The position numbers and the translations under genes are program-made. Source: Pseudomonadota bacterium (GTDB taxonomy: Bacteria > Pseudomonadota > Alphaproteobacteria > Rhodobacterales > Rhodobacteraceae). From it: a stretch of 64,000 nt of DNA. The notes below the pieces were generated by a model, which made no database searches, was not told the origin of the DNA, and saw only the letters and a program-made list of their open reading frames with translations. The stretch lies in contig JAIUPC010000023.1 of the NCBI GenBank assembly GCA_020161655.1, positions 16,231 through 80,230 of the forward strand, given 5' to 3'. Shown here in pieces: positions 36,287 to 45,737 of the stretch (positions are counted from its first letter, which is position 1; each line of letters starts with the position of its first letter).

Positions 36287-37729
36287 ATGGACCGCAAGCT
36301 TTTCATCGGCGGCAAGTGGGTCGGACCACTAGGCGGCGAGGTGGTCGAGATCCGGGACCCCGCGACGGGCGGGATGGTCGGAACCTCGGCCCTTGCCATG
36401 CGCGCCGATCTCGACCGCGCTGTCGCTGCGGCAAAGGCCGCGCTGCCCGGCTGGGCATCCATGCACGCCGACGCGCGGGCGAAGATCCTGCACCGCGCCG
36501 CCGACCTGATCGAGGAACGCGTCGATGCCATCGCGATGGTGCTGACCCGCGAACAGGGCAAGCCGGTGCCGGACAGCCGCAAAGAGATCCTCTTTTCCTG
36601 CGAGGTTTATCGCTACTACGCCGAGGAAGGCCGCCGCATCGGCGGCGATATCCGGCCATCGTCACGGTCGGACATCCGTTCCATCGTGACCTCGGCCCCG
36701 GTTGGCGTGGTGGGCGGCATCGTGCCCTGGAACTATCCGGTCGATCTTTATGCCTGGAAGGTGGCCCCGGTTCTTGCCGCGGGCTGCACGGCGGTGGTGA
36801 AGCCGCCGCATGAAACCCCGCTCGCCATCGGCATGGTCGTAAAGTGCCTTGAGGAAGCGGGTCTGCCACCGGGTGTCCTCAACGACATTCCCGGCACCGG
36901 GCCGGAGGTCGGCGCGGGGCTTTCGGCGCATCCCGATGTGGCGATGATTTCGGCCACCGCCTCGGTTCCGGCCGGGCAGGCGATCATGCGCGACAGTGCC
37001 GCCACGCTGAAACGGCTCTCGCTGGAACTGGGCGGGCACAGCCCCTTCGTGGTTCTCGACGATGCCGACGTGGAAGAGGCCGCGCAGGCCGCCTTCCGCC
37101 GGGGCTTTTCCAACATGGGCCAGATCTGCATCGCGGTGAACCGGATCATCGTGGCCGACGCCGTCTATGACCGCTTCGTCGAGGCGATCACGGCGATCAC
37201 CGCCGCGACGGAGCTTGGCCACGGCATCAACCCCGGCGTCCTCTATGGCCCCTGCACCACCGACAAGGTGCGGCGGAACGTGCAGAACCAGCTCGACGAC
37301 GCCTTGTCACGCGGGGCGCGACTTCTGACCGGAGGCAGCGCGCCAAAGGGCGAGGCCTATGACAAGGGCTTTTTCTACCGCCCGACGCTGATCGACAACA
37401 TCGCCGCAGGCTCGGCCGTGCTGAGGGAGGAAACCTTCGGCCCGATGACCGCGATCCAGCGCGCGGCGTCGGACACCGAGGCGCTGCACCTTGCCAACGC
37501 CACGCCCTTCGGCCTTGCCGCCTATGTCTATTCGCGCGACGTGGGCCGCGCCTGGCTTTTCGCCGAAAAGCTGGAGGCCGGGCAGATCGGCGTCAACGTC
37601 AACGACACGACCGAGCTTCAGGCCCCCTTCGGCGGCTGGAAGATGAGCGGGATCGGCCGAGAGCTTGGCCCCGAAGGCCTGATGACCTTCCGCGAAAGGA
37701 AGCATATCAAGCTGAGGCTTGGCGGCTAA
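36287..37729 (+). CDS. NAD(P)-dependent aldehyde dehydrogenase
   Basis: 480 aa from MDRKLFIGGKWVG. ALDH motifs are PWNYP, catalytic-Glu region LELGGHSP, a GQICIA stretch at the position of the catalytic-Cys motif, and EETFGP. Confidence 0.9.
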   Translation: MDRKLFIGGKWVGPLGGEVVEIRDPATGGMVGTSALAMRADLDRAVAAAKAALPGWASMHADARAKILHRAADLIEERVDAIAMVLTREQGKPVPDSRKEILFSCEVYRYYAEEGRRIGGDIRPSSRSDIRSIVTSAPVGVVGGIVPWNYPVDLYAWKVAPVLAAGCTAVVKPPHETPLAIGMVVKCLEEAGLPPGVLNDIPGTGPEVGAGLSAHPDVAMISATASVPAGQAIMRDSAATLKRLSLELGGHSPFVVLDDADVEEAAQAAFRRGFSNMGQICIAVNRIIVADAVYDRFVEAITAITAATELGHGINPGVLYGPCTTDKVRRNVQNQLDDALSRGARLLTGGSAPKGEAYDKGFFYRPTLIDNIAAGSAVLREETFGPMTAIQRAASDTEALHLANATPFGLAAYVYSRDVGRAWLFAEKLEAGQIGVNVNDTTELQAPFGGWKMSGIGRELGPEGLMTFRERKHIKLRLGG

Positions 37730-37824
37730 ACGGATCCGGGGCGCCGCGCCGGGCGCTGGAAGGCGGGGTCGGTCGCGCGCCGGAGTGCGGGACCCGGCAT
37801 GGCCGCCGCCCCTGGAGGCTTTCG

Positions 37825-38490
37825 TCAGATCTTGCCTTCCTTCATCAGCGCGAAGCGCTTGGGGAAATACCACTGCAGCACCTTGCGGAAGCGGTCCGAA
37901 CTTTCCCGCGCCCAGTTGCGCATCAGTTCCGAGCCGAAGGAGATCGCCGTCACCGGATGGGCACCGGCCTGGATCATCCGCTCGAAGGCGCGGTCATGCG
38001 AGACGGGGGAAATGCCGCCCACGGCATCGGCGACGGGATAGACCTCAAAGCCCTCCGCCAGCATGTCGAGCGTCGGGAAGGTCAGGCAGACCTCGGTCCA
38101 GAGCCCGGCGATGACGATCTTCTTCCGCCCGGTCGCCTTGATGGCGTTGCGAGACTCCTCATCCTCCCAGGCATTGACGCCTGAGCGGTCGATTTCCTTC
38201 ACGCCGGGCAGTTCGGCCATGATCGCCTCGGCGGTGCCGGTGTTGACACCCATGTCGACGCCGACGGTCGAGATGATGACCGGGATGTCATAGGCCCGCG
38301 CCAGCTTGCAGACCGCGATCACGTTGAGGTCGATCTCCTCCCGCGTCGAGGAGGTGACGGTGCGGTACTGCTCGGGCTGATAGTCGATCAGCACGACGGC
38401 GCAGTTTTCCGGCGTCAGCAGGTGGTCGGATTTCGGGTCACGGACGGGTTCCGGTTGGCTTTTGGCCATATCAGTGTCCTTCTCTGGCAA
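37825..38490 (-). CDS. Isochorismatase-family hydrolase (YcaC-like)
   Basis: 221 aa with AVVLIDYQ, RKKIVIAGLWTEVCLTFP and the cysteine-hydrolase triad pattern. Confidence 0.8.
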   Translation of the reverse strand: MPEKDTDMAKSQPEPVRDPKSDHLLTPENCAVVLIDYQPEQYRTVTSSTREEIDLNVIAVCKLARAYDIPVIISTVGVDMGVNTGTAEAIMAELPGVKEIDRSGVNAWEDEESRNAIKATGRKKIVIAGLWTEVCLTFPTLDMLAEGFEVYPVADAVGGISPVSHDRAFERMIQAGAHPVTAISFGSELMRNWARESSDRFRKVLQWYFPKRFALMKEGKI

Positions 38491-38499
38491 ATGTCAGGT

Positions 38500-38823
38500 T
38501 CAAATCTTCGGCTTCTCGCCGGGCTTCGTCGTGAAAAGATCGGCCCATTCGGGGTGCTTTTCGTACTGGCCCCGGACATAGGGACAGATCGGGATGATGC
38601 GGAAATGGTTGGCGCGGGCGTCGTCGAGCATGAAGTTCAGGAGCTTTCCCGCCACGCCCTTCCCCGCCATCGTTTCCGGCACGCCGGTGTGATCGGCGCT
38701 GATGATCCCCTCGCCCCGCCGGGTGAAGGTGATCTCGCCCTCGCCGTCGATGCCCTCGATCCGGGCGACATAGCGGCCATGCCGGGCGTCGCGGTCTTGC
38801 TTGGCGATGGTAAGGTCTGACAT
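38500..38823 (-). CDS. Small GNAT-like N-acetyltransferase-domain protein (YjdJ-like)
   Basis: 107 aa from MSDLTIAKQD. Has a MAGKGVAGKLL acetyl-CoA-loop-like motif and ICPYV near the C-terminus. The upstream part of the 247-aa track ORF is rejected. Confidence 0.6.
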   Translation of the reverse strand: MSDLTIAKQDRDARHGRYVARIEGIDGEGEITFTRRGEGIISADHTGVPETMAGKGVAGKLLNFMLDDARANHFRIIPICPYVRGQYEKHPEWADLFTTKPGEKPKI

Positions 38824-39032
38824 CTCTTCCCTCTCTTTCAACCTCATCCGCGGGGCTGACTCGCAGCCCGTCTTGGCCAACAGGATTGCATCTGGGAATG
38901 TTCCGCGCGAGTACCGATTTTCTGATCCGGCGTTCTCTTTTCCAGAACACTTCGGGCATTGCCGTGCGGCGTGGCGCGCCCCATCTTTCTGGCAAGCGGG
39001 GCGATCAGGCCCCATCCGAAACGGAGGATGAG

Positions 39033-39893
39033 ATGAGAAAGGTTCTTTCCGGCGGCAACGCACCCCAGGGCCATTGGGTCGGCGACGGTTTTCCCGTCCG
39101 CTCGCTCTTTTCCCATATGGGCGGCGCGAACGAGAACACGCCCTTCCTGATGCTCGACTATGCCGGGCCTGAGGAGTTTCAGCCCACGACCAGGCCGCGC
39201 GGTGTCGGCGTCCACCCCCACAAGGGGTTCGAGACGGTGACAATCGTCTACCAGGGCGAGGTTGAGCATGGCGATTCCACTGGCCGGGGCGGCGTGATCC
39301 GCGAAGGCGATGTGCAGTGGATGACGGCGGCGAAGGGCATCCTGCACAAGGAGTTCCACAGCGACGATTTCACCCGCAAGGGCGGCATGCTTGAGATGGT
39401 GCAGCTTTGGGTCAACCTCCCCGCTGCCGACAAGTCGGCTGAAGCCGGCTATCAGGCAATCACCGATGCCGACATTCCTTCGGTCGATCTCGCGGAGGGC
39501 GCGGGGCGGGTCCGGGTGATTGCCGGCAGCTTCGGCGGCAAGGCAGGACCCGCGCGGACTTTCACGGCGATGGAGGTCTGGGATACACGGCTCAAGGCCG
39601 GCAAGACCGTGCATTTTGCGCCGGAAGAGGGTCACAACGTCATCGTCGTGGTGCTTGACGGCAAGGTCACGCTGAACGGCAGCCACCGCCTAGAAGGCGC
39701 GGCCCAGGCCCGACTGTCGCGCGACGGTGGCGGCTTCACGGTCGAGGCCGAAACGGACGCGAAGCTCCTGATCCTCGCCGGTGCGCCGATCGACGAGCCG
39801 GTGGCCGCCTACGGGCCTTTCGTGATGAACACCGAAGCCGAAATCCGGCAGGCGATCACCGACTTCAATTCGGGGTGCTTCGGCCAGCTTTGA
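39033..39893 (+). CDS. Pirin-family protein
   Basis: 286 aa from MRKVLSGG, with cupin motif GVGVHPHKGFETVTIVYQGEVEH. Confidence 0.85.
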   Translation: MRKVLSGGNAPQGHWVGDGFPVRSLFSHMGGANENTPFLMLDYAGPEEFQPTTRPRGVGVHPHKGFETVTIVYQGEVEHGDSTGRGGVIREGDVQWMTAAKGILHKEFHSDDFTRKGGMLEMVQLWVNLPAADKSAEAGYQAITDADIPSVDLAEGAGRVRVIAGSFGGKAGPARTFTAMEVWDTRLKAGKTVHFAPEEGHNVIVVVLDGKVTLNGSHRLEGAAQARLSRDGGGFTVEAETDAKLLILAGAPIDEPVAAYGPFVMNTEAEIRQAITDFNSGCFGQL

Positions 39894-39911
39894 GGCTTCG
39901 CCGACCATCAG

Positions 39912-39944
39912 AAAACCGGGCGGCAGTCAGCCGCCCGGTTTTTT
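39912..39944. terminator. Bidirectional rho-independent terminator between convergent genes
   Basis: AAAA-CCGGGCGGC-agtca-GCCGCCCGG-TTTTTT: a perfect 9-bp stem with A-tract and T-tract flanks. Confidence 0.75.
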
Positions 39945-39963
39945 CAGCCTCGCCCCCTGCCCT

Positions 39964-41481
39964 TCAGGCCAGCCAGTCCTTGGCGGCCTGAAGGTCTTCG
40001 GTGCCAAGCTCATGCCCGGCGCTGAGCATTTTCGCCGTCACCTCGGCGCCCCCTGCCCGCAGCGCCTTTTCCAGCGCCGGGGCCATGTGGCCATAGGGAT
40101 CGCGGGCGCCGTTCAGCATCAGGACGCGAGCGCCCGCCACATTGGTCGCCGGTATCGTCTCAAGCACCTGGATGCCGCGGAGCAGGATCGCGCTTCGCAC
40201 CGTTCCGGGGTGCAGTTCAAGGATCGCGCCCAAGAGGTTCGCGCCGTTGGAATAGCCAAGGAAGGTCATCCGCGCGGGGTCGAGCCCGTAGCCGGTGATT
40301 GCGCCTTCGACGAAGCCCACGAAGGCCTCCGCTTCGCCCCGGATATCTTCCTGATCGTAGGTCACGGCGTCGAAGCGGCGGAACCAGCGGTTGATACCCT
40401 CCTCGGTCGACCTTCCGCGCACGCCCAGAAGCGTCGCCCTCGGATTGATCCGGGCGGCCAGCGGCATCAGGTCGGATTCGTTGCCGCCGGTGCCGTGGAG
40501 AAGCACGATAACGCTTCCGTCGGGATCGGCGGGGGTGTGAAAGCGGTGGGTGAAAGGCAGGTCACGCATCGGCATCCTTTCCTCGCCCGGCAGGGCGAAT
40601 TGCGGCAGGATCAGGCGCAGATCCTCGGCGCGGTTGTGGTCATGGGGCGGAATAAACAGTGTCTGCCCCATCTGATCCGCGGCTTCATCCACGGTAAAAC
40701 CGGGGGCGTCGGTCGCGTATTCGAAGAGCGTCCCGGCAGGTTCGCGGACATAGAGCGACAGGAAATACTTCCGGTCGTGGACATTGGTGATGTCCGCTGC
40801 ATCGCGAAGGTCAAGCCGCATCCGGCGGACGGCATCGGCATCCGCGGCGCGGAAGGCGACATGGTCGAAGACGCCAGTGCCGGGAATGCCGGGGAAGTAG
40901 CCGCCGGCATCGCGGATGTCGATCACGTCGCTGTCGGAGATCATGCGCAGGGTCGAGCCCTCGCGCAGTCCGGCACGGTAGCCGAAGCGGGCGGCGAAGG
41001 CTGCGGTTTCCTCCGGCTGTTCAGTCAGGATGGTGACCGACCGGATGCGCGTCGGCGCGATCGGATCGGGCAGCGGCGCTGCGGCGGGCATGTCCGTGCC
41101 CACCAGCTTGACGATGATCCCGTCCGGGTCCTTCAGGCGCAGCACCGTCTCGCCCATCTCGCGCTTCGGCCCCTCGACCGGCACCCTTGCGGCGAGCGCG
41201 CGGGTCAGCCAGTCGCCGATGCTGCCGGGCGGCACCGCAAAGGCGATCTCGGAGACCTGGACAAGCCCTGCCCGCCCCGGAGAGCCGCTTTCCCAGACAA
41301 GGAAGGTGACGACGGAACCGGGCGAGCCCAGCGCATCGCCGTAAAAGAGGTGCAACTGCTCGGCATCCTCGTATCCGCCAGTCTGCTTGACCAGCTTCAG
41401 GCCGAGAAAGCCCGCGTAGAAATCGACATTGGCCTGCACCCGACGGGTGATGCCGGTGACATGATGGATGCCGGTCGTCAC
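39964..41481 (-). CDS. Fusion protein: VOC/glyoxalase-type ring-cleaving dioxygenase (two modules) + phospholipase/carboxylesterase-type alpha/beta hydrolase
   Basis: GTG 41481 is preceded by AAGGAG. The N-terminal part starts TTGIHHVTGI... with a second VOC module (FDHVAFRA). The C-terminal roughly 200 aa carry VLLHGTGGNE and nucleophile elbow GYSNG. Confidence 0.78.
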   Translation of the reverse strand: MTTGIHHVTGITRRVQANVDFYAGFLGLKLVKQTGGYEDAEQLHLFYGDALGSPGSVVTFLVWESGSPGRAGLVQVSEIAFAVPPGSIGDWLTRALAARVPVEGPKREMGETVLRLKDPDGIIVKLVGTDMPAAAPLPDPIAPTRIRSVTILTEQPEETAAFAARFGYRAGLREGSTLRMISDSDVIDIRDAGGYFPGIPGTGVFDHVAFRAADADAVRRMRLDLRDAADITNVHDRKYFLSLYVREPAGTLFEYATDAPGFTVDEAADQMGQTLFIPPHDHNRAEDLRLILPQFALPGEERMPMRDLPFTHRFHTPADPDGSVIVLLHGTGGNESDLMPLAARINPRATLLGVRGRSTEEGINRWFRRFDAVTYDQEDIRGEAEAFVGFVEGAITGYGLDPARMTFLGYSNGANLLGAILELHPGTVRSAILLRGIQVLETIPATNVAGARVLMLNGARDPYGHMAPALEKALRAGGAEVTAKMLSAGHELGTEDLQAAKDWLA

Positions 41482-41640
41482 GATGCACTCCTTTGCCTTG
41501 TCCGGTTCCAAGATGGGGCAGGCGCGATGCGGCAACAGACCCATCATGGCAAACCCCGCGTTCGCGGCGGGCGAACAGGCTCCCTGTTTCATCTCATGGC
41601 GTCAAGGCGTAGGCTTTCCAGACCTAGTGAGGAGTCGACC

Positions 41641-42573
41641 ATGAGCTGGAACCCCGCCCTTGACCCCGGCTGCCCGGATGAAATCGGTGTCGACGCGATC
41701 GAGACCCTTATCATCCCGCGCGCCCGCGACCTTGGCGATTTCGAGGTGCGCCGCGCGCTGCCCTCGCCGAAGCGGCAGATGGTCGGGCCCTTCATTTTCT
41801 TCGATCAGGCCGGACCGGCCGAGTTCCTGACCGGACAAGACGTCGATGTGCGGCCGCATCCACATATCGGGCTTGGCACCGTGACCTATCTTTACCGGGG
41901 CGATTTCCACCATCGCGACAGCATCGGCTCGGACCACATCATCACGCCCGGCGCCTTGAACTGGATGGTCGCCGGCAAGGGCGTTTCCCATTCCGAGCGC
42001 ACCAGCTCCACCGCGCGCAAGGGGCCGCACAGCCTTTACGGCATCCAGACCTGGATCGCGCTGCCGGAAGAGTGTGAGGATATGGACCCGATCTTTGAGC
42101 ATCACGGCAAGGACGCGCTGCCGGAGATCGAGGCTGAGGGCATCAACGCAAGGCTGATCCTCGGCAATGCCTACGGCGAGAAAGCCCCGGCGACGCTTTA
42201 TTCGGAAACCTTCTATCTCGACGTGACGCTGGCGCCCGGTGCGCGGTTTCCACTGCCCGACGATCATGAGGACCGCGGGCTTTACATCACCGAAGGCAGC
42301 GTCAGCATCGCCGGCCAAAGCTTCGAGGCGATGCAGATGATGGTGTTCCGGCACGGCGACAAGATCACCGTTGCCGCCGGGCCGCAGGGGGCGCGGCTGA
42401 TGGCGCTTGGCGGGGCGACGCTGAACGGGCCGCGCTATGTCTGGTGGAATTTCGTCGCCTCGTCGAAGGACCGGATCGAACAGGCCAAGATCGACTGGCG
42501 CGCAGCCGACTGGGGACAGGGGCTTTTCGACCTGCCGGTGGGCGACCGGCGGGAGTTCATCCCCCTGCCCTGA
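41641..42573 (+). CDS. Pirin-family protein
   Basis: 310 aa from MSWNPALDPG, with cupin motif DVDVRPHPHIGLGTVTYLYRGDFHHRDS. The 853-aa track ORF is antisense read-through upstream of this start. Confidence 0.85.
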   Translation: MSWNPALDPGCPDEIGVDAIETLIIPRARDLGDFEVRRALPSPKRQMVGPFIFFDQAGPAEFLTGQDVDVRPHPHIGLGTVTYLYRGDFHHRDSIGSDHIITPGALNWMVAGKGVSHSERTSSTARKGPHSLYGIQTWIALPEECEDMDPIFEHHGKDALPEIEAEGINARLILGNAYGEKAPATLYSETFYLDVTLAPGARFPLPDDHEDRGLYITEGSVSIAGQSFEAMQMMVFRHGDKITVAAGPQGARLMALGGATLNGPRYVWWNFVASSKDRIEQAKIDWRAADWGQGLFDLPVGDRREFIPLP

Positions 42574-42579
42574 TCCCGG

Positions 42580-43275
42580 TCAGCCGGAGAACCTTTTCCA
42601 GAGTGCAGCCTCGCCCAGCGAGGCGACGAAAGCGGCGTGGGCCTCGGCTTCCGTCGGCGAAAGCCTTGGCGGAAGCGGGGTGGAACGCGGGCGCGGGCGC
42701 CAGGCGTCCGTCGCCGCCGGTCCCTCGGTCGAGGCGCTGACAGAGAGGCCGAAGTCGGGCTGGCGGCCGCCGATCAGCTCCAGATAGACCTCGGCCAGAA
42801 GCTCGCTGTCCAGAAGCGCGCCGTGCTTTTCCCGGGCGGAATTGTCGATGCCGAAGCGCCGGCACAGCGCATCGAGCGAGGCCGGCGAGCCGGGGAATTT
42901 GCGCCGCGCCATCGCCACCGTGTCGATGGCGCGGTCCATCGGCATGACGGGATGCCCGGCCCAGCCAAGCTCGGCGTTCAGGAACTTCATGTCGAAGGCG
43001 GCATTGTGGATCACGAGGCGCGAATCGGCGCCGATGAACTCGATGAACGCGGCGGCGATCTGGGCGAACTTCGGCTTGTCGCGCAGGAAGTCGTCGCCAA
43101 GACCGTGGACCTGAAACGCCGCCGCCGGCATGGAGCGTTCGGGGTTGATGTATTGGTGATAGCTGCGCCCGGTCGGGACGTGGTTCAGAAGCTCGATCGC
43201 GCCGATCTCGACGATGCGGTCGCCTTCGCCCGGCTCAAAGCCGGTGGTTTCGGTATCGAGGACGATTTCACGCAT
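42580..43275 (-). CDS. dnaQ: DNA polymerase III epsilon subunit (3'-5' exonuclease)
   Basis: [15 protein letters not shown] (ExoI), HNAAFD (ExoII) and [14 protein letters not shown] (ExoIII). Confidence 0.92.
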   Translation of the reverse strand: MREIVLDTETTGFEPGEGDRIVEIGAIELLNHVPTGRSYHQYINPERSMPAAAFQVHGLGDDFLRDKPKFAQIAAAFIEFIGADSRLVIHNAAFDMKFLNAELGWAGHPVMPMDRAIDTVAMARRKFPGSPASLDALCRRFGIDNSAREKHGALLDSELLAEVYLELIGGRQPDFGLSVSASTEGPAATDAWRPRPRSTPLPPRLSPTEAEAHAAFVASLGEAALWKRFSG

Positions 43276-43870
43276 CTCGCTTCCTCACCTCCTCCAGTAC
43301 CCGGGCGACGGCGGCCCGCGCCCCCTCCATCGTCGTGGTGTCGATGACGTAATCCGCCCGTTTGTGCTTTTCGGCGTCCGGCATCTGCCGGTCAAGGATG
43401 GTTTCAAGAAGCGCCGCCGTCATGCCGGGCCGTTCCAGCACGCGCTGGCGCTGAAGATCGGCGGGGGCCGAGACCACGACGACGGCATCGACAGACTTTT
43501 CCGCCCCGGTTTCGAAAAGAAGCGGGATGTCGAGGAGGACCACGCGCTGCCCGTCGCGAGCCGCCGATGCGATGAAAGCGGCGCGGTCGGCGGTGACGAG
43601 CGGATGCACGACGGCTTCAAGTTTCGCGATGGCGCCGGGGTCACGGGCGATCCAGGCTTTCAGGCGGGTACGATCCACTGCGCCGCCCTGAACCGCGTCC
43701 GGGCAGATCGCGGCGACCGGTCCCGCCGCGCCGCCGCCCGGTGCATAAAGTCGGTGGACGGCGGCGTCGGCATCCCAGACCGGGACGCCCTCTGCGGCAA
43801 ACATCGCTGCGGTCGTGGATTTTCCCATGCCGATGGAGCCGGTCAGCCCTATCAGGAAAGGCTTTGTCAT
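43268..43870 (-). CDS. coaE: Dephospho-CoA kinase
   Basis: 200 aa with [14 protein letters not shown]-loop. Confidence 0.9.
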   Translation of the reverse strand: MTKPFLIGLTGSIGMGKSTTAAMFAAEGVPVWDADAAVHRLYAPGGGAAGPVAAICPDAVQGGAVDRTRLKAWIARDPGAIAKLEAVVHPLVTADRAAFIASAARDGQRVVLLDIPLLFETGAEKSVDAVVVVSAPADLQRQRVLERPGMTAALLETILDRQMPDAEKHKRADYVIDTTTMEGARAAVARVLEEVRKRDA

Positions 43871-44706
43871 TCGCCGAGAATGGCGGCGCGCGTCGCGTCA
43901 TCGACCTCGGGCCGGATGCCGAACCAGCGTTCGAAGGCGGGCGCTGCCTGGTGCAGGAGCATCCCGAGTCCGTCGACGGTGACGCAGCCATTTGCCGCCG
44001 CCTCATCGAGGAACTTTGTCCTGAGCGGGGTATAGACGAGGTCGCTGACGACAGCCCTTGGCGAGAGCGCGTCGAGCGGCACCCGGAACTCCGGCTTGCC
44101 CTCCATCCCGAGGGAGGAGGTGTTCACCACCGTGGTCGCGCCATCAAGCATGTTGCCGGCCTGAACCCAGTCGCTGACCACGACCTTGGCGCCAAACTCG
44201 GCGCGCAGCGCCTCGGCCCGCGCCCGGGTCCGGTTGGCAAGGCGGATCTCGGGCGCGCCGACCTCGATCAGCGAGGCGATGACGGCCCGCGCGGCACCAC
44301 CGGCACCGATCACCGCCGCCGGACCGGCTTCGGGAGTCCAGCTCGGCGCGTTCTGCCGAAGATTGGCGATGAAGCCATAACCATCGGTATTGTCGGCATG
44401 AAGCCGGCCATCCTTGCGGAAGATGAGCGTGTTGGCCGCCCCGATCAGCGCCGCGCGGTCGGTCACCACATCGGCGAGCGCCAGCACGGTTTCCTTGTGC
44501 GGGATGGTGACATTGCAGCCGACGAACCCGGCCTTGGGCAGCGCGGCGATCACCGCCTTGAGGTCAGCCTGGGCTACATCCATCGGCACGTAATGGCCAC
44601 GTATGCCATAGGTCTTCAGCCAATGGTGATGCAGTTTCGGCGATTTCGAATGCGCCACGGGCGAGCCGATGACGCCGGCGAGGGGAATGCGGGGATGGTC
44701 GGTCAT
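43867..44706 (-). CDS. aroE: Shikimate dehydrogenase
   Basis: 279 aa with [20 protein letters not shown] and GAGGAARA motifs. Confidence 0.9.
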   Translation of the reverse strand: MTDHPRIPLAGVIGSPVAHSKSPKLHHHWLKTYGIRGHYVPMDVAQADLKAVIAALPKAGFVGCNVTIPHKETVLALADVVTDRAALIGAANTLIFRKDGRLHADNTDGYGFIANLRQNAPSWTPEAGPAAVIGAGGAARAVIASLIEVGAPEIRLANRTRARAEALRAEFGAKVVVSDWVQAGNMLDGATTVVNTSSLGMEGKPEFRVPLDALSPRAVVSDLVYTPLRTKFLDEAAANGCVTVDGLGMLLHQAAPAFERWFGIRPEVDDATRAAILGE

Positions 44707-45314
44707 GCGGCGATGTCGCCCCGAATGGAGAGCCAGGTCAAGAGTTCGATCAGGGGCAGGCCGAGAATGGTGAAGTAATCCCCCTCGATGCGCGAAAAAA
44801 GGCGCACGCCCTCGGATTCAAGCTGATAGGAACCCACGCTGGCGCCGATTTCAGGCCAGTTCCGGGCGAGGTAAGCGTCGAGATAGCCAGGCGAAAACTC
44901 CCGCATGGTCAGCCGCGCGATGCCGACATGACGCCAGAGCGGTTCGCCATTCTCGACGACAACCGCCGCCGAGAGGAGGCGGTGGGTCTTGCCGCGCAAG
45001 CCCAGAAGCTGCGCCCGCGCTGCCGCTTCGTTGTCCGGTTTGCTCAGAACCCGGCCATCGAGGTCAAGCACCTGATCGCAGCCGATGACCAGCGCACCGG
45101 GGTTCTTCTCGGAGACCTTGCGCGCCTTCATCTCGGCGAGCGTATCGGCCACATCGCGCGGGCCTGCACCTTCGGCTTCAAGCGCGGCGCGGATCGCCTC
45201 TTCATCGACGCGGGGCAGGACGGTTTCGCAGGCGAGACCGGCGTTCCTGAGAAGCGTCGCCCGGATTTCGGAGCCGGAGGCGAGGACAATGCGGCGGGTC
45301 TCTGGAGGGGTCAT
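44703..45314 (-). CDS. maf: Maf-family nucleoside triphosphate pyrophosphatase
   Basis: 203 aa from [16 protein letters not shown] used the internal Met at 45314 because homologues start near the LASxS motif. The track ORF extends to 45413 into the putative origin. Confidence 0.82.
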   Translation of the reverse strand: MTPPETRRIVLASGSEIRATLLRNAGLACETVLPRVDEEAIRAALEAEGAGPRDVADTLAEMKARKVSEKNPGALVIGCDQVLDLDGRVLSKPDNEAAARAQLLGLRGKTHRLLSAAVVVENGEPLWRHVGIARLTMREFSPGYLDAYLARNWPEIGASVGSYQLESEGVRLFSRIEGDYFTILGLPLIELLTWLSIRGDIAA

Positions 45315-45319
45315 GTGGG

Positions 45320-45710
45320 CCACGCTGTGGAAAAGGACGCCTGTGCTCTGAGGGCGCGGGGGTGTGTAACTCCGGGTCTGGGACTGGTTGGGGAAAACCG
45401 GGGGTGTTGTCAATCAACCCGGCACCGGTCGCCCCCATGTGGAACGCGCTTCAGCCGGCATGTGGAAGATCGGTATCTCCACAGGGCGGGGGGTTCGTGG
45501 CACGGTATCCGTCCCAGCTACATCTTCGCAATATATTGAAATATATACGAATCTCAAGGCGGAGGGACGTCACGCCCGGTTATCCAGACCTTTTCCACAG
45601 AGTCGTTCCGCTGTGGGTTTCTTGCCCGGAACCGGCGATATCCACGCCATCCACAGCCTCTAAATCAACCACATCCCTTTTCTTTCTATTTCTTGATTCA
45701 TTAGAAGGCA
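45320..45710. other. Candidate chromosomal replication origin (oriC): DnaA-box cluster plus AT-rich unwinding tract
   Basis: At least nine 9-mers within 1-2 mismatches of TTATCCACA on both strands: 45326, 45438, 45461, 45475, 45580, 45591, 45612, 45638, 45647. AT-rich tract at 45529-45552. Flanking gene orientation is divergent, and parS and parAB lie nearby. Confidence 0.65.
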
Positions 45711-45737
45711 GATGAAACCGAAAGGGATGGCAAAGCG

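Noticed and set aside
40012-42573. 853-aa plus-strand ORF
   Set aside because: The upstream two-thirds is antisense to the VOC::esterase gene. Only the last 310 aa (from ATG 41641) are pirin-like.
44703-45413. Longer 236-aa version of maf
   Set aside because: The extra 33 N-terminal codons ([16 protein letters not shown]...) have no Maf similarity and would place coding sequence over the first DnaA-box-like motif. I preferred the internal Met at 45314, but this is not proven.
45388-45663. 91-aa ORF (and 45362-45715) inside the maf/hemJ gap
   Set aside because: No RBS or recognisable domain, and it overlaps the DnaA-box cluster. The region is better explained as non-coding origin DNA.
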